From: an uncultured Pseudomonadota bacterium
Lineage (GTDB): Bacteria > Oederibacteriota > Muellerivitia > Muellerivitales > Muellerivitaceae
Assembly: GCA_963836235.1 (NCBI GenBank)
Contig: CAWIIP010000002.1
Coordinates: 1,408,001-1,472,000, forward strand
Length of the DNA stretch: 64,000 bases
Direction: 5' to 3'
Below the pieces are notes generated by a model. That model was not told the origin of the DNA, did no database searches, and saw only the letters and a list, made by a program, of their open reading frames with translations. The translations under genes and the position numbers were made by a program. Position 1 is the stretch's first letter. Each line of letters opens with the position of its first letter. Below are positions 31,845-41,645 of the stretch, one piece after another.

Positions 31845-33212
31845 CTACTTCCCGATACAAAATTTCGTGAAGATATCCTCGAAAGCCTTGGCGGGTAGGT
31901 TGCGACCACGGATACGGCCTATCGCAAGGGCGGCCTCCCTTAGTTCTTCAGCCCAAATCTCGTAAGGCTGCCCGGCAGCCATCAGCTCTTTAAGATTTTC
32001 CAAAGCCTTTAAGGCCTTTTGAATTTCCTGTTGATGGCGGGCGGAGGTCAAAACCACATCCTCCGCTGCGAGTGGCGTTTGGATCAGGTTTTCAATCTTT
32101 TCGATTACCTGAGACAGGCCTTCGCCTGTCTGGCAGGAAAGGCTAAGACATCTTTCGGGATCCAAGCCTGAGTCTATCCAAGGCTGTCCACGCTTGATTA
32201 AATCTTTTTTGTTAAATAAAAACCAAGTTCTTTCGGGGGGAAGTCTGTTGTTTTTCAATTCCCCCAAGGATTCTTGGGGGGCGGCCGCGTCCACTAACCA
32301 GAAAATCATATCCGCTTCCTCGATGACTTGGTGGCTGCGGCGAATGCCTTCCACTTCCACAACATTCTTGGCCTCACGAATTCCAGCCGTATCAAAAAAT
32401 CGGACCTTCACTCCCTTGAGGCGGATTTCTCCCTCGACTACATCCCGAGTGGTTCCAGCCAAAGGCGTTACGATGGCGCGATGGCTTCCCAGCAAGGCAT
32501 TCAACAAGCTAGATTTTCCCACGTTGGGCGGGCCCACCAGGGCCACCTTCAAACCCTCCCGTATGACTTTTCCCTGCTGGTAGCTTCTCGAAAGTTTCTG
32601 AAGTTCGGATTGGACCTCCGCCAGGTCCTTATCGAATTTCGCCAGGTCCAAAGGGGGAATACCGTCTTCTGAAAACTCCAGCCGGGCCTCAATTTTCAGG
32701 TAAAGCGCCTTGAGGGCTTCCTCCATCGGCTCTAAATGGGCTGAGAGGCCACCGGTCAATTGACTCAAGGCTTGCCGCCGGGCCGCGTCACCCTGGGCGG
32801 CTACCAGGGCTTCCACCGCCTCGGCTTGGGCCAGGTCCAACCGGCCGTTCACGAAGGCCCGGTAAGTGAATTCCCCCGCCCCCGCCGTCCGGGCGCCGAG
32901 ACCCACTATAAGTTCCACTAGGTAGGCGAGAAGCATGGGACTTCCGTGGGCGTGGAATTCCACCACATCCTCGGCGGTATAACTGTGGGGTTTGGGCATG
33001 ACCAGCAAAAGCCCCTCATCCAGCGTTTCGCCGGTTTGGGGATTCTTGAATTTCCCGAAAAGCATCTGCCGTTTCGAAGACAATGAATTGGAAGAGGCGA
33101 AAAGTTGGCGGGCGATCTCCAGGGCCTTCGCACCCGAAAGACGGACGATGCCTAACCCTCCCGTTCCGACGGGGGTAGCGATGGCTACAATCGTGTCGTT
33201 AAGTTCATACAT
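31845..33212 (-). CDS. mnmE: tRNA modification GTPase MnmE/TrmE
   Basis: DTIVAIAT, GPPNVGKSS, GTTRD, DTAGIR, NKKD, C-terminal FCIGK. Confidence 0.98.
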   Translation of the reverse strand: MYELNDTIVAIATPVGTGGLGIVRLSGAKALEIARQLFASSNSLSSKRQMLFGKFKNPQTGETLDEGLLLVMPKPHSYTAEDVVEFHAHGSPMLLAYLVELIVGLGARTAGAGEFTYRAFVNGRLDLAQAEAVEALVAAQGDAARRQALSQLTGGLSAHLEPMEEALKALYLKIEARLEFSEDGIPPLDLAKFDKDLAEVQSELQKLSRSYQQGKVIREGLKVALVGPPNVGKSSLLNALLGSHRAIVTPLAGTTRDVVEGEIRLKGVKVRFFDTAGIREAKNVVEVEGIRRSHQVIEEADMIFWLVDAAAPQESLGELKNNRLPPERTWFLFNKKDLIKRGQPWIDSGLDPERCLSLSCQTGEGLSQVIEKIENLIQTPLAAEDVVLTSARHQQEIQKALKALENLKELMAAGQPYEIWAEELREAALAIGRIRGRNLPAKAFEDIFTKFCIGK

Positions 33213-33271
33213 AGGAAACCTAATTTACCACAGAGGCGGGAACCCCAGGGGTTCGTCCCGAAACTCAAAAT

Positions 33272-33302
33272 AAAAAAGGCCCCTCCCGTTAGGGAAAGGC
33301 CT
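33272..33302 (-). terminator. Rho-independent terminator of the rpmH-rnpA-yidD-yidC-jag operon
   Basis: Minus strand AGGCCTTTCCC-TAAC-GGGAGGGGCCT followed by a T run. Confidence 0.8.
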
Positions 33303-33333
33303 CGATTATCAAACGCCCAATTTTTAGAAAAGG

Positions 33334-34596
33334 TTAAACTCGGTTGCCAATGTTGTCGTCAATTGGCCTTTCATTCGGGATGGCGTTACCCGGTTCAGGA
33401 CGATCTGAAACCACAGGCTCTTCCACCTTCGCCGCCGGAGAGATCGGTTGGTTCTCGACAATCGGCTGTTTTTCAACCATGGGTTGGCTTTCCCTGGAAA
33501 CCGTTGGTTGATCTTCCACCGGAGCCGAACCTTCAACTCCGACATTGCCAGCCGCTTCCGCGGCGGCGGTGGCCTCGGGCGTCACATTCTCGGCCTTCAC
33601 CTTGGGCACGATAACGACCTTGCGGCGCAAACCCTCGCCGCGGCTTTCAGTCGTGACATGCTCGTGTTCCTTCAAGGCCATATGTACCACCCGGCGGTCC
33701 TTGGAGCTCATAGGGCGCATGGGAATTTCCACGCCCGTTTCCTTGGCCTTTTGGGCTAGGTTGACGGACAGTTCCTTCAACTTGTCCTTCTGGCGCTCCA
33801 GGTAATTTTCCACGTCCACGATGATGATGGATTTTTCGTCTCCCGTCATGCGTTGGACTGTCTTGGAAACCAGGTATTGCAACGCGTCCAGGGTATGGCC
33901 ATGGCGGCCGATCAAGGTACCGCTGGAGGGCCCTTGGATGTTCAGGACCGTATTGCCGTCATCATCCTTTTGGACCTTCACTTTGTCCGGCAAGCTCATG
34001 CCGCGCAAAAGCCGGCTGAGGACCCCTTCCGCGAAGGGAGCCACCGCATGGCTTTTCAAGGAAATCTTCACCTTGGAGGGCTTGGAACCTATCCCTAAGA
34101 ACCCCTTGCTTCCTTCCTCGAGAACTTCGGTCTTCAGGTCGTTTTTGCCGACGTTGAAGCGCCGGGAGGCCTCTTCAATGGCTTCCTCCACCGTGCGACC
34201 GGTCACTTCCACCCAGGAACTGCCTGTGCGGGGAGTGTAAGGACCTTCATGACGCTCGGAACGTTCTGGACGCCCCGAACGGTCGTTGCGGTAGTTGCCC
34301 GAAGAATGCGAAGGCCCCGGGCGATAGCCGCCTGACCGGTGCTCGCCACCACGGTTATCGTTGCGTTCGAAGCGGGGGTTGTTGCCTTTATATCCCCCTT
34401 CACGATTTCCGGCGCCACGGTATCCGCCGCCACGATTATCGCGACCACCCTGTTGTTCCCGATTATATCCTCCACCACCGCTAGGGCGGTTCCCGCTATA
34501 ACCACCGCGGTTTCCGCTGGGCGGCCTTCCATTGCCCCCGGAGGGTCTTGCCCCGCCGGACGGCCTGTCGCTGTTCTGATTTGAAAAATTCCTCAT
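33334..34596 (-). CDS. jag: Jag/KhpB (EloR) RNA-binding protein with an N-terminal RG/G-rich extension
   Basis: Jag_N GRTVEEAIEEA..KGFLGIG; KH LIGRHGHTLDALQYL; R3H RRVVH; ATG at 34596 overlaps the yidC TGA. Confidence 0.9.
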   Translation of the reverse strand: MRNFSNQNSDRPSGGARPSGGNGRPPSGNRGGYSGNRPSGGGGYNREQQGGRDNRGGGYRGAGNREGGYKGNNPRFERNDNRGGEHRSGGYRPGPSHSSGNYRNDRSGRPERSERHEGPYTPRTGSSWVEVTGRTVEEAIEEASRRFNVGKNDLKTEVLEEGSKGFLGIGSKPSKVKISLKSHAVAPFAEGVLSRLLRGMSLPDKVKVQKDDDGNTVLNIQGPSSGTLIGRHGHTLDALQYLVSKTVQRMTGDEKSIIIVDVENYLERQKDKLKELSVNLAQKAKETGVEIPMRPMSSKDRRVVHMALKEHEHVTTESRGEGLRRKVVIVPKVKAENVTPEATAAAEAAGNVGVEGSAPVEDQPTVSRESQPMVEKQPIVENQPISPAAKVEEPVVSDRPEPGNAIPNERPIDDNIGNRV

Positions 34597-36320
34597 GATT
34601 TTACGACCTCGACTTTCTTCTTGGCTTTTTGGACTTCCCGGTTCACCACTTTCTGCTGCAGCATCGAAAGGACGTTCGTCACCACCCAGTAAAGCAAAAG
34701 CCCCGAGGGCCACTTGGTGGAAATAAACGTGAGCACAACCGGCATCATCCACATCATCATTTTTTGTTGACCAGCGGCCTGGGTGGCCATCTGGCCCGAC
34801 ACCTTCTGTTGGAGGATCATGGTCCCGCCCATCAGAAGGGGTAGCACGTAAATCGGATCATGGAGGGTAAGGTCCCCCAGCCACAAAAAGTGGGCTCCGC
34901 GCAATTCGATACTGTGATTCAGGGTGGCGTAAAGGGCCCAGAAGACGGGCAATTGGAACAGCATGGGCAGGCATCCCCCCAGGGGATTGATTCCCGCCTC
35001 GTTGAACAGCTTCATTTGTTCCTGCTGTTGTTTTTGCTTGTCATCGGGATACTTACGCTTGAGGGCGTCCACCTTCGGCTGGACTTCCCTCATTTTTTGT
35101 TGGGTCATGTACATGTTTTTGTAACTGTTATGGGTCGGAAGCCACAGCAGCAACTTAACCGAGACGGAAAGGAGGATGACCGCCAGGCCCCAGTTATGAA
35201 CAATGGTGAAGAACCACTGCAGAAGGGCCAGCATGTAAACACTGATGAAACCAAAGAAGCCCAAATCGATCACTTTTTCCAATTGAAGATTGAGGCTTTT
35301 GAGAAGGGAATAGTCCTGGGGGCCAATGAAAACTTGAAATTTTTCTTTAAAGCTTTGGCCTTGTTTCAACTCAGGCGTCTGAAAAATTAAAAGGGGACGG
35401 GGCGTGAAAGTTTTGGGATCCAGGCCTGGAGTGGGATCTTCCGGCGTGGGGCTTTTAAAAGCGTTATTATCCCGCACTACTTTAACCGAGGCTCCTCCGG
35501 AAGCCGGATCCGGAATCAAGGTTGCCATAAAAAACTGGTTGGCTAAGGCCGTCCAAGTGATGGGAGATGGGATTTCGGCGGATTCCTGGGATTTTTTCGG
35601 GCTCTGTGAATCCACATGGTCGCCTGCCAGTGTCGCCACGCGATAACCCTGAACCCTGGAGTTGGTTCCCGCTGTCATTTCCTCTTGGCCCAATGTATCG
35701 GCCCATTCCACCGTGAGCATTCCCGCGGTAAGGGTGCCTGGTTTTGCCTGGCTGACGGTGACTTCGGCGCCAATCAGGTAACTGCCGTTTTTAAAGGTAA
35801 ACTTTTTTTCCAGGACCGATCCCTGGGGATCGCGGTAACGGAAAAGAAGTTGAGCTTCTTCGTTCGCATGGTCGAGCTTTTGGGAGGATCCCACAATTTC
35901 AAATTTTTGATCATTCAATTGGGGAATAGAATATTGGACCGTGAAAGGCTTAGGGTGTGCCGGATCGGAGTTAACCAATTCTATGGGTTGATGGGTTTGG
36001 CGGTTTTGGTATTTCTTCAATTCGAAACCGGTAAGCACGGCGCCTTCATTGGAGAACACGGCGGTGTAATTGTCAGTATCAATGGTCACCGAAGCCGCGG
36101 GAATATTGGAGGGCTTGGTTTCTTGGATTTTCGAGGAGATGCCGGCGTTCGATTCATCGGGGGCTTGAATCGTGGAACTCGTCACCGTCGCTGCGGATTG
36201 CGAAACCGGGTTTGAGGGATTGACAGGCACCGGCGGCGGCACCGGGATAAAAAATTGGGAAATACCCAGGACCACGATGCAAGAAACCAAGAAGAAAACC
36301 ACTCGGCTGTTGTTATCCAA
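34593..36320 (-). CDS. yidC: Membrane protein insertase YidC
   Basis: NWGLAVIL, NPLGGCLPML, DPIYVLP, PSGLLLYW; large periplasmic domain. Confidence 0.97.
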   Translation of the reverse strand: MDNNSRVVFFLVSCIVVLGISQFFIPVPPPVPVNPSNPVSQSAATVTSSTIQAPDESNAGISSKIQETKPSNIPAASVTIDTDNYTAVFSNEGAVLTGFELKKYQNRQTHQPIELVNSDPAHPKPFTVQYSIPQLNDQKFEIVGSSQKLDHANEEAQLLFRYRDPQGSVLEKKFTFKNGSYLIGAEVTVSQAKPGTLTAGMLTVEWADTLGQEEMTAGTNSRVQGYRVATLAGDHVDSQSPKKSQESAEIPSPITWTALANQFFMATLIPDPASGGASVKVVRDNNAFKSPTPEDPTPGLDPKTFTPRPLLIFQTPELKQGQSFKEKFQVFIGPQDYSLLKSLNLQLEKVIDLGFFGFISVYMLALLQWFFTIVHNWGLAVILLSVSVKLLLWLPTHNSYKNMYMTQQKMREVQPKVDALKRKYPDDKQKQQQEQMKLFNEAGINPLGGCLPMLFQLPVFWALYATLNHSIELRGAHFLWLGDLTLHDPIYVLPLLMGGTMILQQKVSGQMATQAAGQQKMMMWMMPVVLTFISTKWPSGLLLYWVVTNVLSMLQQKVVNREVQKAKKKVEVVKS

Positions 36321-36341
36321 AACGATTCCCCCGTGACTGAA

Positions 36342-36563
36342 TTAATGGACGGGGTGGAATCCTCCGGATGAAGCGGGATGGCAACGGCTCAAACGCTTTA
36401 GGCCCATCCAAAGGCCCTTCCCGGCGCCATAACGAACCACGGCTTGACGGGTATATTCAGAGCAAGAGGGCGTAAACCGGCAGGAAGGGGGTAGGTAAGG
36501 CGAAATCATCAGCTGATACCCCTTGATGAAAATTAAGAGCCCCTGCTTTAAGAGTTTGTCCAT
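36342..36563 (-). CDS. yidD: Membrane protein insertion efficiency factor YidD
   Basis: YQLMISP..CRFTPSCSEY..RCHP. Confidence 0.95.
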   Translation of the reverse strand: MDKLLKQGLLIFIKGYQLMISPYLPPSCRFTPSCSEYTRQAVVRYGAGKGLWMGLKRLSRCHPASSGGFHPVH

Positions 36564-36564
36564 T

Positions 36565-36930
36565 CTAAGATCCCTGCTTCATCCGGGGGAGAAGGCCCGC
36601 CCTGGTCGCGAGTGAGAGAAAGGAATTTCTCAACTCGTCGAAGGTGCGCGCCGCACTTCCGCGCCTGGGGATCAGGATGACCTGGTAACCCCCGCGGAAT
36701 CTTTCTTTTTCCACCCGGTAAATTTCCTTGAGGCGCCGCTTCAGGCGGTTTCGAAGGTAGGCCTTCCCTAAGGCCCGACTCAACGAGACGCCAAATTTCC
36801 GAAGGGCGGCATCCTCACTGAACTGTACGTAGAAAGCTAAACAACCATCTTCCAACTTGCGACATTGCTGAAAAACCGCTTTAAACTCCCTTGATTGTTT
36901 CAGCCGCTCCGACTTTAAATATCGCGGCAT
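36565..36930 (-). CDS. rnpA: Ribonuclease P protein component
   Basis: ERL..REF, GKAYLRNRLKRRLKE (RNR motif); lies between rpmH and yidD. Confidence 0.92.
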   Translation of the reverse strand: MPRYLKSERLKQSREFKAVFQQCRKLEDGCLAFYVQFSEDAALRKFGVSLSRALGKAYLRNRLKRRLKEIYRVEKERFRGGYQVILIPRRGSAARTFDELRNSFLSLATRAGLLPRMKQGS

Positions 36931-36955
36931 AGATTAAACCAATGGACGCGCCCGT

Positions 36956-37093
36956 TTATTGGACGCTGACTTTACGACGGCCTTTTTTGCGGCGGCTGCT
37001 CAAGACACGGCGACCCCCGACCGTTTTCATGCGACTGCGAAAACCGTGAACCTTTTGGCGTTTACGTTTGTTGGGTTGATAGGTTCGTTTCAT
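36956..37093 (-). CDS. rpmH: 50S ribosomal protein L34 (absent from the ORF track because it is 45 aa)
   Basis: Manual translation [45 protein letters not shown]. Confidence 0.97.
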   Translation of the reverse strand: MKRTYQPNKRKRQKVHGFRSRMKTVGGRRVLSSRRKKGRRKVSVQ

Positions 37094-37171
37094 AAGAGAA
37101 AAACCATTCCTTTAATACAGGTTCCGCAGGGGAACCCTTTTTGGTGCGGCAAGCCGGTGAAAAGAGCGCTG

Positions 37172-37201
37172 ATTTTATCCTATATATATTCAAAAGGTCA
37201 A
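37172..37201 (-). promoter_or_regulatory. sigma70-type promoter for the rpmH operon
   Basis: TTGACC-N18-TAAAAT on the minus strand. Confidence 0.6.
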
Positions 37202-37284
37202 CGTAAGCTTGAAGCGCCGCACAGTGGCCCCCAAATGATGCGTTTGGCCTTGGCCCTAACCGCTATCAATGGTAAAAGGACCCC

Positions 37285-37824
37285 ATGAGTGCCTCTCTTC
37301 AACTAATCCTTGGCGGCGCGAAATCAGGTAAATCCCGGTTCGCTTTAAGCCAGGGCAATGAAAACCTTTTTGAGCCTCGAATTTTTCTCGCCACCGCTTC
37401 ACCGGGAGACGAGGAAATGCGACAGCGCATTCATCGTCATCAATCCGAGAGAGGGAGCGATTGGCAAACCCTGGAGGAATCCTACCAACTGCTAGAAGCC
37501 TTAAGCCGGTCGGCCATCCACGAAAAGGGATTGGTGGTTGTGGATTGCGCCACCCTTTGGATTTCAAATTTGTTGTGTGGAATGGGCGGAAAAGTAAAAT
37601 CAGTCACCGAAATCGAAAATGAATTTGAAAAACTATTTCAAATACTTCCTCTTTTAAAAGGAAGTATTCGTTTCATTTCAAACGAAGTCGGCCTGGGAAT
37701 TGTTCCTGATAATTTGTTAAGCCGCCAATTTCGTGACCTTCAAGGAATATTCAACCAATCCGTCGCTTCCATTGCCAATCAAGTTATTCTTTTGACCGCG
37801 GGCATTCCTCAAAAAATAAAATAA
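37285..37824 (+). CDS. cobU: Adenosylcobinamide kinase/guanylyltransferase
   Basis: LILGGAKSGKS, DEEMRQRIHRHQSER, VDCATLWISN, SNEVGLGIVP, RQFRD. Confidence 0.95.
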   Translation: MSASLQLILGGAKSGKSRFALSQGNENLFEPRIFLATASPGDEEMRQRIHRHQSERGSDWQTLEESYQLLEALSRSAIHEKGLVVVDCATLWISNLLCGMGGKVKSVTEIENEFEKLFQILPLLKGSIRFISNEVGLGIVPDNLLSRQFRDLQGIFNQSVASIANQVILLTAGIPQKIK

Positions 37825-37904
37825 ACAACATCTCAAAACTTGAAAATATTTTCAAAACTTGGTTAACTATTCCGGCCTTAAAATCTGCACAAAGAGAGTC
37901 CACT

Positions 37905-38519
37905 TTGTCATTCAAAATACCTTCTGGTGTCCCAAAATCCAAATGGCTTCAGGGCCTTTCCATCTTAAATGGCTTATGGAAAAAAGGTCTTTTTCCTGAA
38001 GACTTGGAACGCCATTATTTCCTCCACTGGTTCGTGATTTACAAAGGAAATATTATTCAAACGGCGAAAGCTCTGGATATTCACCGCAATACCATTCAAG
38101 GGCATTTCTTAGAATTGGGATATTCCAAAAAATCCGTCAAACTGCGGCACACTTGGCAGGAAATGGAAGCCAAAAAAGGAACTTTTGAAACTAAGTTCTT
38201 CAATTTTTATAACCGGTTCGGCGGGAAGCCCCGATTCTCGGCCCAAGAAAACGCCGCCTTGGTGGGTTTGTGGCAAGCCAAGTTCCCCTTTAAAACCCTC
38301 ACCCCCCATTATCTCCTCTGGACCATCCGCAGCGGAAAACCGAAGAATTGGGTGGAAAAAAAGCTGGGCTATTCTTACCGGCATCGGGCCCGCTTATTGA
38401 GCAGCCTTCCAAAACCTAAGACAAGGGATGGCTTCTGGCTTTCCCCTTTAAAACCTCAGGTGAAGGAAATCTATTCACGCCGCTATCAAACCATCCTTTT
38501 AGGCCAGAAGAAACACTAA
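37905..38519 (+). CDS. Hypothetical basic protein with a Fis-type HTH, apparently duplicated
   Basis: LERHYF..YKGNIIQTAKALDIHRNTI resembles HTH_8; the second half repeats the GLW...HY pattern. Confidence 0.6.
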   Translation: MSFKIPSGVPKSKWLQGLSILNGLWKKGLFPEDLERHYFLHWFVIYKGNIIQTAKALDIHRNTIQGHFLELGYSKKSVKLRHTWQEMEAKKGTFETKFFNFYNRFGGKPRFSAQENAALVGLWQAKFPFKTLTPHYLLWTIRSGKPKNWVEKKLGYSYRHRARLLSSLPKPKTRDGFWLSPLKPQVKEIYSRRYQTILLGQKKH

Positions 38520-38620
38520 GTTTTCAAAAGCATGTTTAGACTCAGTAAGTCGGCTTTTTATTCCTCTTTTGGTTATCCCTTTTGCGGCTAAAATATCCAA
38601 CATCCAAAAAGGGGAAACTC

Positions 38621-39712
38621 ATGAAACTTTTTAAAACCATCGCTTCCATTCCCACGCTTGATTCCAAGGCCATGCAGAAGGCCCAAAAAAGGCAGGCCCA
38701 GCTCACCAAACCCGCTGGAAGCTTGGGAAGGCTGGAAGCCATCGCTATCCAAGTGGCGGGTATCACCGGCCAAGCCATTCCCTTGCTTGGAAAAAAACAG
38801 GTTCTCTTATGCGCGGGCGACCACGGAGTGACGGTGGAAGGCGTCTCAGCCTTTCCCTCGGCGGTCACCCCCATGATGGTTCTTAATTTCCTGAAAGGCG
38901 GGGCGGCCATTAACGCTCTCGCCCGGCAGGCGGGGGCGGAAGTGAAGGTGGTGGACGTCGGTGTCGCGACGGACCTACCCAAGCACAAGCAACTTCTTTC
39001 CGCGAAAATCGCGCGGGGAACAAAAAATTTTAAAATCGAATCCGCCATGACGGAAGCCCAATGCCAAAAGTCCCTGGAATTAGGATTAAAGCTGGCGGAT
39101 CAAGCCAAAAAAGAGAAAGTGACTTTCGTGGTTTTAGGTGAAATGGGAATCGGCAACACGACTTCCGCCGCCGCGCTCATGGCCGCCCTTTTACCTTGCG
39201 CGGTGGAGGATGTCACTGGTTTTGGAACCGGCATAGACCGGACCCAGTGGATGAACAAATGCCGGGTGATCCAGGAATCGCTGCGGCTTCACCTTTTAAA
39301 ACCCGAAAAACCCCTGGATGCGCTCCAAAAGGTCGGCGGCCTGGAAATCGCGGCCTTGATCGGCGTGGTCCTGGGCTGCGCCAAAAACCGGATTCCGGTG
39401 GTGGTGGACGGCTTTATCACCTCTTCCGCTTTCCTTGTGGCCTACCGCCTCAACCCAAGAGTGAAGGATTTCGCTTTCTTTTCCCACCGTTCCGAGGAAC
39501 CCGGCCACACGAAATTTTATGAGATGCTGGGCGTCGAACCCCTGCTGGAAATGAAAATGCGCCTAGGGGAAGGATCGGGCGGCGCCTTGGCCCTGAATAT
39601 CCTGGAAGCCGCGCTCCGTGCCCACGCGGAAATGGCGACCTTTGAAAGCGCCAAAGTACCCACCAAAATCGAAAAGAAAAAAGCCGCCGCCCGCAAAACC
39701 ACCCAAAAATGA
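38621..39712 (+). CDS. cobT: Nicotinate-nucleotide:dimethylbenzimidazole phosphoribosyltransferase
   Basis: LTKPAGSLGRLE, DHGV, GEMGIGNTT, VDGFI, MRLGEGSG. Confidence 0.96.
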   Translation: MKLFKTIASIPTLDSKAMQKAQKRQAQLTKPAGSLGRLEAIAIQVAGITGQAIPLLGKKQVLLCAGDHGVTVEGVSAFPSAVTPMMVLNFLKGGAAINALARQAGAEVKVVDVGVATDLPKHKQLLSAKIARGTKNFKIESAMTEAQCQKSLELGLKLADQAKKEKVTFVVLGEMGIGNTTSAAALMAALLPCAVEDVTGFGTGIDRTQWMNKCRVIQESLRLHLLKPEKPLDALQKVGGLEIAALIGVVLGCAKNRIPVVVDGFITSSAFLVAYRLNPRVKDFAFFSHRSEEPGHTKFYEMLGVEPLLEMKMRLGEGSGGALALNILEAALRAHAEMATFESAKVPTKIEKKKAAARKTTQK

Positions 39713-40455
39713 AATCCCTGCTGGTCGCCCTCTCGACCCTCACCGCCCTTCCGCTTTCCCCGAAGGAATGGACGGATAAGGACCTGAAACAATCCGTGGT
39801 TTTCTATCCGCTGGTGGGCACGCTGATCGGCGGCTTGCTGGTCCTGGCTGGTAAAATGCCCATGGCCCATGATTTAAAAGCCCTGCTCCTTCTGCTGCTT
39901 TGGGTGGCGATCACCGTGGCTTTCCATTTGGACGGCCTGAGTGATTGCCTGGATGGCTTCTTCGGAGGCAAAACACCGGAAGAGCGGCGGCGTATTATGA
40001 AGGATCCCACCATCGGCGCTTTTGGCGTCACGGGCATCGCCCTGGACCTTCTCTTTAAATATGTCCTTTTAACCCATCTTCTGGCCGAGGGGGAAAATTG
40101 GAAATGGCTTCTTCTGGTTCCCATCGCCGCCCGCTGGGCCGTGACCCTCGCCTGTCTTCTCTTTAAAGCGCCGTCCGGGGATAAGGGTTTGGGCTCCCAA
40201 GTGCTGGGCCTGCCCGCCCCCTGGTTCGCGGCCTCCACGGTCGCCACTCTGGCCATTGGAATCGGGCTTTTGAAAACTCAGGGAGTAGAATCGATTCTTA
40301 TCGCAGCCGCGGTGGCGCTTGCCGTGGGTTTTCTTTCCCGGTCCCGCGTCGGCGGCTTGACGGGCGACGGCATGGGAGCCATCGTTGAATTGAGCGAGGT
40401 CTCGCTTCTTTTCATGGCTTGCCTGGCTATGGCCAAACCTTTTTTTTCCCTCTAA
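39709..40455 (+). CDS. cobS: Cobalamin synthase
   Basis: FHLDGLSDCLDG, IMKDPTIGAFG, GGLTGDGMGA. Confidence 0.95.
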   Translation: MKSLLVALSTLTALPLSPKEWTDKDLKQSVVFYPLVGTLIGGLLVLAGKMPMAHDLKALLLLLLWVAITVAFHLDGLSDCLDGFFGGKTPEERRRIMKDPTIGAFGVTGIALDLLFKYVLLTHLLAEGENWKWLLLVPIAARWAVTLACLLFKAPSGDKGLGSQVLGLPAPWFAASTVATLAIGIGLLKTQGVESILIAAAVALAVGFLSRSRVGGLTGDGMGAIVELSEVSLLFMACLAMAKPFFSL

Positions 40456-40472
40456 TCGGGTAAAATGAATCG

Positions 40473-40838
40473 ATGAAAAAATGCGTCCTCATCATCAGCC
40501 ACGGCAGCCGGGAAAAATCCGCCAACAACGATTTCAAACGCCTGGTTCGAAAATACGTGAAGCTCCATTCCAATTGGAAAGTTTCCCACGCCTATTTGGA
40601 GATGGCCAGCCCTTCCATTCCGGAAGCTTTGGAAGTACTTGCCTTAAAATCCAATGAGATTCTTGTCTTGCCCCTATTTTTCTTCGCGGCGAAGCACATT
40701 AAAAAGCATATCCCTGAAATCCTGAAGGCCTTTCAAAAAGACCACCCAAAAACCAAGGTGAAATTGGCCAGACCCTTGGGTTCGGATTCAAAGTTATTGG
40801 AGATTTTGGATGAAAGACTCGATGAAATATCGAGCTGA
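40473..40838 (+). CDS. Short CbiX/SirB-type chelatase
   Basis: ISHGSR, AYLEMASPSIPEAL, LPLFFFAAKH, PLG. Confidence 0.85.
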   Translation: MKKCVLIISHGSREKSANNDFKRLVRKYVKLHSNWKVSHAYLEMASPSIPEALEVLALKSNEILVLPLFFFAAKHIKKHIPEILKAFQKDHPKTKVKLARPLGSDSKLLEILDERLDEISS

Positions 40839-40862
40839 TCTTCGGGAATTCCAGTGAAAAAT

Positions 40863-41561
40863 TTATTCCGCTTCCGCTTGCCGCAGAAAATCCATTATTT
40901 CTTGGGAAGGTGCCAGCCCCCACCCGTCATAATAAACCGCCTCGGATAAGGGGATTCGGGGAAGCCAGCCGGTCGTCTGGAACAGGGGCTTTTCGGGAAA
41001 CTCTTCCACATAACCCAGACACAAATAAGCCACCGGATCCACGTGGCTGGGAAAACCCAAAAAATTTCTTAATTTTTCTGGTTCCAGAATGCTGACCCAG
41101 CCTACTCCCACGCCCTCAGCCCGGGCCGCCAGCCAAAGATTTTGCACCGCACCACAGGTGCTGTAAATGTCGGTGTCCTTCATGGTATTTCGGCCGATGA
41201 CGGTGGGGCCGAAGCGGGTGCGGTCGCAGGTCACGCAGACATTCACTGCCGAATCCAGAATGCCTTCCAACTTATAGGAGAGGTACTTTTCCCGCCTCTC
41301 ACTCTCAAAATTTTCGGCAGCTTTGAGCCTTTCCTGAGTCACGTGGCTGTGGATCTTCGAACGAAGGCCCTTATCTTCGATAACGATAAAGTTCCAAGGC
41401 TGGCAATAGCCCACCGACCCCGCTTGGTGGGCGGCCTTCAGAATTCGAGCCAGCACTTCTTTTTCCAGGGGTTGGGATTTAAAAGAGCGCATATCCCGCC
41501 GCCGGGCAATGGCCTCGTAAACTCCCTGCCGCCATTCTTCCGGAAACCGATGTTCTGTCAT
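40863..41561 (-). CDS. bluB: 5,6-dimethylbenzimidazole synthase
   Basis: VYEAIARRRDMR, SVGYCQPWNF, KLEGI, AVQNLWLAARAEGVGVGWVS; ATG at 41561 preferred. Confidence 0.9.
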   Translation of the reverse strand: MTEHRFPEEWRQGVYEAIARRRDMRSFKSQPLEKEVLARILKAAHQAGSVGYCQPWNFIVIEDKGLRSKIHSHVTQERLKAAENFESERREKYLSYKLEGILDSAVNVCVTCDRTRFGPTVIGRNTMKDTDIYSTCGAVQNLWLAARAEGVGVGWVSILEPEKLRNFLGFPSHVDPVAYLCLGYVEEFPEKPLFQTTGWLPRIPLSEAVYYDGWGLAPSQEIMDFLRQAEAE

Positions 41562-41645
41562 CTCTTCCCCCTTTGGAACTAGCACCCGTATCCCAAAGGA
41601 ATCCCCCCCCTCTTTGAAGCCCGGCGTCCCCACGCCGCTGTCACT

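Noticed and set aside
34597-34752. Extra 52-aa N-terminus of the jag ORF in the track
   Set aside because: Lies inside yidC; the ATGA overlap at 34593-34596 gives the natural start
36959-37288. 109-aa plus-strand ORF
   Set aside because: Antisense to the real rpmH gene and its promoter
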